Under the pieces are notes generated by a model. That model was not told the DNA's origin and searched no databases. It worked only from the letters and a program-made list of their open reading frames with translations. A program made the translations under genes and the position numbers. DNA of 64,000 bases from Bacteroidota bacterium (GTDB taxonomy: Bacteria; Bacteroidota; Bacteroidia; Bacteroidales; VadinHA17), in the NCBI GenBank assembly GCA_022561875.1, contig JADFQJ010000001.1:96501-160500 (forward strand), read 5' to 3'. Shown here piece after piece: positions 59,795 to 64,000 of the stretch. Position 1 is the stretch's first letter, and each line of letters begins with the position of its first letter.

Positions 59795-60271
59795 TTAAAA
59801 CCTGAAATGCGCAAAAGCTTTGTTTGCTTCAGCCATTCTATGTGTTTCTTCTTTCTTTTTATATGCTCCACCTTCCTGATTATAGGCGGCAATTATTTCG
59901 GCTGCCAGCTTATCACTCATAGTTCTTCCTGTTCTTTTCCGGGAGAATTTAATCAGGTTTTTTATACTGATTGAAACTTTCCTGATAGGACGTACCTCCA
60001 ATGGAACCTGGAAGGTTGCTCCACCAATTCTGCGACTTTTAACCTCAACCTGCGGAGTAACATTTTCAAGTGCTTTTTTCCATATCACAAGAGGTGTATT
60101 TTCATCGTCTTTCACTTTCTCTTCTATAATATCCATAGCATTGTAAAAAATTTTATATGAAAGGCTTTTTTTTCCCCTCATCATCAGGTTATTAACAAAT
60201 TCTGAAACCAGGATATCATTATACCTTGGATCGGGTACCAAAAGTCTTTTTTTAGCTCTGGATTTTCTCAT
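59795..60271 (-). CDS. rpsG: 30S ribosomal protein uS7
   Basis: [12 protein letters not shown] and [12 protein letters not shown]. Confidence 0.98.
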   Translation of the reverse strand: MRKSRAKKRLLVPDPRYNDILVSEFVNNLMMRGKKSLSYKIFYNAMDIIEEKVKDDENTPLVIWKKALENVTPQVEVKSRRIGGATFQVPLEVRPIRKVSISIKNLIKFSRKRTGRTMSDKLAAEIIAAYNQEGGAYKKKEETHRMAEANKAFAHFRF

Positions 60272-60298
60272 TATCTGAATCCTTCAATGATTAATTAA

Positions 60299-60673
60299 TT
60301 ATTTTCTGGGTCGTTTTGTGCCGTACTTTGAACGCCGCTGGGTTCTCCCTTCAACACCGGATGTATCAAGTGCACCTCTGATAAGATGGTACCTGACACC
60401 GGGAAGATCTTTAACCCTTCCGCCCCTGATTAATACAATTGAGTGCTCCTGCAGGTTATGTCCCTCACCAGGTATATATGAGTTCACTTCCTTACCGTTT
60501 GTAAGCCTAACCCTTGCAACTTTCCTCATAGCAGAATTAGGTTTCTTCGGAGTGGTTGTATAAACTCTGACACATACCCCTCTTCTTTGAGGACAAGAGT
60601 CCAATGCCGGGGCTTTACTTTTTTCAACCAGACTTTTCCTCCCTTTTCGTACTAATTGCTGTATTGTCGGCAT
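60299..60673 (-). CDS. rpsL: 30S ribosomal protein uS12
   Basis: PKKPNSA and GGRVKDLPG. Confidence 0.99.
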   Translation of the reverse strand: MPTIQQLVRKGRKSLVEKSKAPALDSCPQRRGVCVRVYTTTPKKPNSAMRKVARVRLTNGKEVNSYIPGEGHNLQEHSIVLIRGGRVKDLPGVRYHLIRGALDTSGVEGRTQRRSKYGTKRPRK

Positions 60674-60716
60674 ATAATCACGTATTTACGTTAAAAAAAA
60701 TTACTAAATTGGTGTG

Positions 60717-60724
60717 CAAAGGTA
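60717..60724 (-). promoter_or_regulatory. -7 promoter box for the rpsL operon
   Basis: TACCTTTG(CA) on the minus strand, 43 nt upstream of rpsL. Confidence 0.6.
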
Positions 60725-60889
60725 TTCTTTTTTTCCAAAAAACAAGAGTGATCGTTAATTAATTTTTAATCGAAACAACCTGGAAATCGGAGAGATTGTG
60801 ATTTGTTGTTTTTTGTTCGTTTTTTAATTTGGTTGCAAACAAAAGCTTTTTTAATAATAACAGGGCTATTGATTGTTGTGAAAAATTAT

Positions 60890-60897
60890 TAATTTTG
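60890..60897 (+). promoter_or_regulatory. -7 promoter box for EF-G2
   Basis: TAATTTTG, 59 nt upstream of the ATG at 60957. Confidence 0.45.
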
Positions 60898-60956
60898 GGA
60901 CGCAAAATTCAGAGATTATTGTACAATATCTTTAATTCAAAAATATTTAATAAACA

Positions 60957-63116
60957 ATGAAAACGTATCAGGCCGATAAGATAAAAAATATTGCCATTTT
61001 AGGAAATGCCGGTTCAGGCAAAACCACCCTGGCTGAAGCCATCCTGTTAACCGGAGGTATTATTAAAAGAAAGGGACAAGTTGAAAAGAAAAATACAGCC
61101 TCCGATTACAAAAGAGCAGAACAGGAAAACACAAGTTCTATTTTTTCCTCTGTTTTGTATACCGTTTATAATGATAATAAAATAAATATAATTGATGTCC
61201 CGGGTCTTGACGATTTTGTTGGAGGAGTGATATCCGGCCTGAATCCTGTGGAAACCGGCATTATGGTAATAAACGCCCAAAATGGTGTGGAAGTGGGAAC
61301 TGAGATACATTTCCGTCATTCAGAAACCCTGAAAAAACCTTTAATATTTGCCGTGAACCTCCTCGACCATGAAAAATCAAACTTTGAGAAAACTATCGAG
61401 TCTTTGAAGGAGAGATTTGGCAATAATATTGTACTTACTCAATTCCCTGTCAATGAAGGACCTGGATTCAACTCCTTTATCGATGTAATAAAGATGAAGA
61501 TGTATAAATATCCCAACGATGGAGGCAAACCCGAAATAACCGATATTCCATCAGATCATTTAGCCCATGCTGAAGATCTGCAAAATGAATTGATAGAAAA
61601 AGCAGCGGAAAATGATGAGGAACTTATGGAGATCTTCTTTGAAAAAGAAACTCTTGATGAAAATGAAATGCGAACAGGAATTAAAGAAGGACTTATCCAG
61701 AGAGGAATATTCCCTGTTTTTTGCATATCAGCAAAAAAAGATATCGGTATCGACAGATTGATGGAGTTTGTAGTAAACACGGCCCCGGCACCCGCAGATA
61801 TGCCACCACCTGTTAACGCTGAAGGAAATGAGATTAAATGTGACCCGAATGGCCCTGCATCTTTATTTGTTTTTAAATCTTCATATGAAGAGCATATCGG
61901 AGAAGTGAATTTCTTTAAAGTGATGTCAGGTAAAATATCTGAAGGAATAGACCTTATTAATACTATAACACAAAACAAAGAAAGGATCTCTCAAATATTT
62001 GTTGTGGCTGGAAAAAACAGGGAAAAAGTACCTGAAATGGTAGCAGGGGATATTGGAGCAACAGTAAAACTAAAGGAAACAAGAACTAATCATACACTGA
62101 ATATTGCCGGTGAAAACTGGGCATTTAATGAAATTGATTATCCTGAACCTAAATACAGAACCGCTATTAAGCCTTTAAGTGAAGTGGACGAGGAAAAGCT
62201 GGGTGAAGCTCTTCACCGAATGCATGAAGAGGATCCAACAATCCTGATCGAATATTCCAAAGAATTGAAACAAATTATCGTTTTTGGACAGGGAGAGCAC
62301 CACCTGAATATCCTGAAATGGCATCTGGATAATATTTTTAATATTAATTCAGAATACGTGCCTCCACGAATACCTTATCGCGAAACAATTACCAAAGCTG
62401 CACAAGCTAATTACAGACACAAAAAGCAATCGGGAGGAGCAGGCCAGTTCGGTGAGGTCTACATGATTATTGAACCCTTCAGAGAAGGAATGGATAACCC
62501 TAAACTATATAAAATCAATGGTCGTGATATCAAAGTATCAGTCAGAAAAAAAGAAGAGCATGATCTGGACTGGGGAGGAAAACTTGTTTTTTATAATTGT
62601 ATCGTTGGAGGTTCAATTGATGCCAGGTTTTTACCTGCTATTTTGAAAGGTATTATGGAAAAAATGGAAGAAGGTCCTCTTACCGGATCATACGCAAGGG
62701 ATATTTGTGTTGCCGTATATGACGGTAAGATGCACCCTGTTGATTCTAACGAGATATCCTTCAGACTTGCAGGAAGAAATGCATTCAGTATGGCATTTAA
62801 AAATGCAGGTCCGAAAATTATGGAACCTGTGTATGAAGTAGAAATTCTTGTCCCCTCAGACAGGATGGGAGATGTAATGAGTGACCTCCAGGGAAGACGG
62901 GGCATAGTGCTGGGAATGAGTAGCGAAAAAGGGTTTGAAAAAATCTCTGCTAAAGTGCCATTGGCCGAAATGAATAAGTACTCCACTGCACTTAGCTCTC
63001 TCACTAACGGAAGGGCTATATATACTATGAAATTCTTAGAGTATGTTCAGGTGCCAGGCGACCTGCAGGAAGAACTTATCAAAAAGTTTGAAGAAGAGGA
63101 AGAGGAAGAAAAGTAA
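60957..63116 (+). CDS. fusA2: Elongation factor G paralog (EF-G2 type)
   Basis: Full EF-G architecture with divergent G motifs (GNAGSGKTT, DVPGLDDF, NLLD) and a domain IV insertion after HKKQSGGAGQFG. Confidence 0.9.
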   Translation: MKTYQADKIKNIAILGNAGSGKTTLAEAILLTGGIIKRKGQVEKKNTASDYKRAEQENTSSIFSSVLYTVYNDNKINIIDVPGLDDFVGGVISGLNPVETGIMVINAQNGVEVGTEIHFRHSETLKKPLIFAVNLLDHEKSNFEKTIESLKERFGNNIVLTQFPVNEGPGFNSFIDVIKMKMYKYPNDGGKPEITDIPSDHLAHAEDLQNELIEKAAENDEELMEIFFEKETLDENEMRTGIKEGLIQRGIFPVFCISAKKDIGIDRLMEFVVNTAPAPADMPPPVNAEGNEIKCDPNGPASLFVFKSSYEEHIGEVNFFKVMSGKISEGIDLINTITQNKERISQIFVVAGKNREKVPEMVAGDIGATVKLKETRTNHTLNIAGENWAFNEIDYPEPKYRTAIKPLSEVDEEKLGEALHRMHEEDPTILIEYSKELKQIIVFGQGEHHLNILKWHLDNIFNINSEYVPPRIPYRETITKAAQANYRHKKQSGGAGQFGEVYMIIEPFREGMDNPKLYKINGRDIKVSVRKKEEHDLDWGGKLVFYNCIVGGSIDARFLPAILKGIMEKMEEGPLTGSYARDICVAVYDGKMHPVDSNEISFRLAGRNAFSMAFKNAGPKIMEPVYEVEILVPSDRMGDVMSDLQGRRGIVLGMSSEKGFEKISAKVPLAEMNKYSTALSSLTNGRAIYTMKFLEYVQVPGDLQEELIKKFEEEEEEEK

Positions 63117-63197
63117 GACATAAAACTTTTACGAACTAACTATTGTTGACTGCCGACTGCTTTTTTTCTCCTTACTTAACTCTCTCAATATTTCTTC

Positions 63198-63250
63198 GTC
63201 CACCGTAGCTTTCTCCGACCTCCGTAGTTTTTACGGAGGAGATAGCGAGG
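63198..63250. repeat. Nested palindromic repeat / possible bidirectional terminator
   Basis: GTCCACCGTAGCTTT[CTCCGA CCTCCGTA-GTTTT-TACGGAGG AGA]TAGCGAGG, between convergent genes. Confidence 0.55.
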
Positions 63251-63260
63251 ATAAATTTAA

Positions 63261-63287
63261 TTTTGCCAACTGCGTTTTGCCAACTGC
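63261..63287. repeat. 14-bp-period tandem repeat
   Basis: TTTTGCCAACTGC g TTTTGCCAACTGC; related TTGACTG CCGACTG at 63146-63159. Confidence 0.55.
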
Positions 63288-63344
63288 AAATTTTTCTTAA
63301 TTCGTAAAGATTAAGTTGACTCATCACAAGCTTTGAAACCAGGA

Positions 63345-63998
63345 TCAGTGTTTCTCGCGAAGGAGGTACACAATCCCCCTGTATTCTTTACCTTTATATG
63401 AAACATCATCGTAGCCTACCGCCCTTATGATATAGTAATATATACCCGGACTTGCATCCGATCTGCCATTTATTTTTCCATCCCATCCTTCCCAATCCTT
63501 TATATTTGCACCATGACCTGTATATTCATATATTTTTTTTCCAAGCCGGTTGAATATTTGAACATATATACTTTGTAACGAACGACCGGCAACAATAAAT
63601 CTGTCATTATATCCATCTTCGTTTGGAGTAAATACATTAGGGATATTAAGAGCAGAAGGATCAACCTTTATATACTGAAATTTAAATGTGTCAACACAGC
63701 CATCTTCACTTTTAGCAACCAGAACTACCTCATAATCAATATTCGGATCATAATAGGTATGAGGCTCCGGGGTCTCCAGTATGGAAATTGTATCATCGCC
63801 AAAACGCCATTCATACTCAACGGCATTCAGAGATTTATTTGTAAACGAAACCTCTAAAGGAGCTTCCCCTTCAGATGGGTCAGGCTCAAAATCCGCCTTC
63901 ACATGAATTGATTCATAAAACAAGGATGTCTCGTTTGAACATCCGAAACTATCGGTTACGGTAAGGTAAAACCATGTGTCCGCATAAGGAGGTTGATA
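63345..63998 (-). CDS. PKD-domain protein with T9SS type B (gliding motility-associated) C-terminal domain; 5' part outside window
   Basis: Frame is open to the window end; PKD (APLEVSFTNKS..YEWRFGD) and CTD IPNVFTPNEDGYND...IFNRLG...WDG...GIYYY. Confidence 0.9.
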   Translation of the reverse strand, partial: YQPPYADTWFYLTVTDSFGCSNETSLFYESIHVKADFEPDPSEGEAPLEVSFTNKSLNAVEYEWRFGDDTISILETPEPHTYYDPNIDYEVVLVAKSEDGCVDTFKFQYIKVDPSALNIPNVFTPNEDGYNDRFIVAGRSLQSIYVQIFNRLGKKIYEYTGHGANIKDWEGWDGKINGRSDASPGIYYYIIRAVGYDDVSYKGKEYRGIVYLLREKH

Positions 63999-64000
63999 CG

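Noticed and set aside
57344-60673. tuf absent from the str operon
   Set aside because: This is the normal arrangement in Bacteroidota.

Overview
Core-genome window from an AT-rich Bacteroidota (probably Bacteroidales) chromosome. The assignment rests on TAnnTTTG promoter boxes, gldD/gldE, T9SS cargo proteins, a str operon without tuf, and an EF-G2 paralog. Layout: gldD-gldE-ssb / hup-bS22-rng-dsbD (1-7 kb); a small accessory patch of palindromic repeats, toxin-antitoxin genes and a nucleotidyltransferase (7-10 kb); housekeeping genes (lnt, ALDH, pth-rplY-prs, manA, udk, ychF, hutH, hisS, ubiD-family, citrate synthase, eno); the full str-S10-spc-alpha ribosomal cluster (43-60.7 kb); and a divergent EF-G2. 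I saw no rRNA, tRNA, CRISPR array or intact transposase/integrase. Most notable observations: (1) the rplY (bL25) 5' leader folds into a hairpin that reproduces the GAUGG/GAGUA loop E motif of 5S rRNA, a candidate autoregulatory ribosomal leader; (2) a family of heptamer-built intergenic repeats, some carrying inserted or nested palindromic mini-elements; (3) several genes broken by deletions or nonsense codons, plus absence of mutY from its usual position; (4) an unannotated 30-aa bS22-like gene. All protein family assignments are by motif recognition, not database search.
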